A stretch of 64,000 nucleotides of DNA from Minisyncoccota bacterium (GTDB lineage: Bacteria > Patescibacteriota > Minisyncoccia > UBA6257 > JAGOQP01), in the NCBI GenBank assembly GCA_041661795.1, contig JBAZTS010000002.1, positions 36,263-100,262 on the forward strand, read 5' to 3'. The notes under the pieces are model-generated. The model had not been told where the DNA came from. It did not search any database and saw only the letters and a list, made by a program, of their open reading frames with translations. The position numbers and the translations under genes were made by a program. Below, piece by piece: positions 63,900 through 64,000 of the stretch; position 1 is the first letter of the stretch, and every line of letters begins with the position of its first letter.

Positions 63900-64000
63900 A
63901 TGAATTTAAAACCACTTTCTAATCGTATAGTTCTTGAGCCGGTAGGCGAGGAAAAAGTAACTCAATCGGGGATAGTTCTTCCCGAAAGCTCGGAGGCAAA
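63900..64000 (+). CDS. groES: Co-chaperonin GroES, N-terminal 33 codons (3' end cut by window edge)
   Basis: MNLKPLSNRIVLEPVGEEKVTQSGIVLPESSEA matches the GroES N-terminus. TTGACT-16-TAGAAT promoter at about 63799-63826. Confidence 0.85.
   Translation, partial: MNLKPLSNRIVLEPVGEEKVTQSGIVLPESSEA

Overview
This is an AT-rich bacterial chromosome segment. Single 60-nt lines hand-counted at about 25-35% G+C; nothing was computed window-wide. By inference it looks like a Patescibacteria/CPR (Parcubacteria-like) genome: compact housekeeping genes, mostly no Shine-Dalgarno (SD) sequences, and giant pilin-like surface proteins.

The core content is:
- fusA(partial)-rplM-rpsI, murA, tpiA, murB, hpf-secA
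- a lepB-like gene divergent from lepA, then tRNA-Gly, pgk, a DHH phosphoesterase and rnhA
- RNase P RNA, an IMPDH-family gene and tRNA-Gln
- an accessory block of hydrolases and nucleases at about 27.8-36.6 kb
- dnaX, scpA-scpB, a D-Ala-D-Ala carboxypeptidase, mraY, udg, rsmE, nfo, rsmI, tgt
- uvrB, a short uvrC, uvrA, rmuC and groES(partial)

I saw no rRNA, CRISPR array, transposase, integrase or reverse transcriptase.

The things worth a second look are:
1. lepA carries a 486-nt in-frame cassette. It encodes a GxxExxY / PD-(D/E)XK nuclease domain and is bracketed by inverted arms built from 10-nt words. pgk carries an empty 84-nt in-frame copy of the same arms.
2. A 36-38-nt perfect palindrome occurs three times in 1.7 kb. 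One copy is in frame inside uvrC, and two bracket a PaaX/Cas2-fold-like gene.
3. Five sharply bounded GC-rich islands (one line hand-counted at about 57% G+C) sit in the AT-rich background.
   - Three encode SD-led small proteins, two of them membrane-protein cassettes. One of these is a four-gene, translationally coupled operon.
   - Two are promoter-to-terminator units of about 530-600 nt with no convincing long ORF. These are large structured RNA or micro-ORF candidates.
4. A 97-nt motif is present twice, with five compensatory base-pair changes between the copies.
5. An 11-bp hairpin sequesters the uvrB SD.
6. Short word-like tandem repeats are inserted in frame in several core genes.

All functional calls come from reading the translations and motifs by eye. 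No database search was run.
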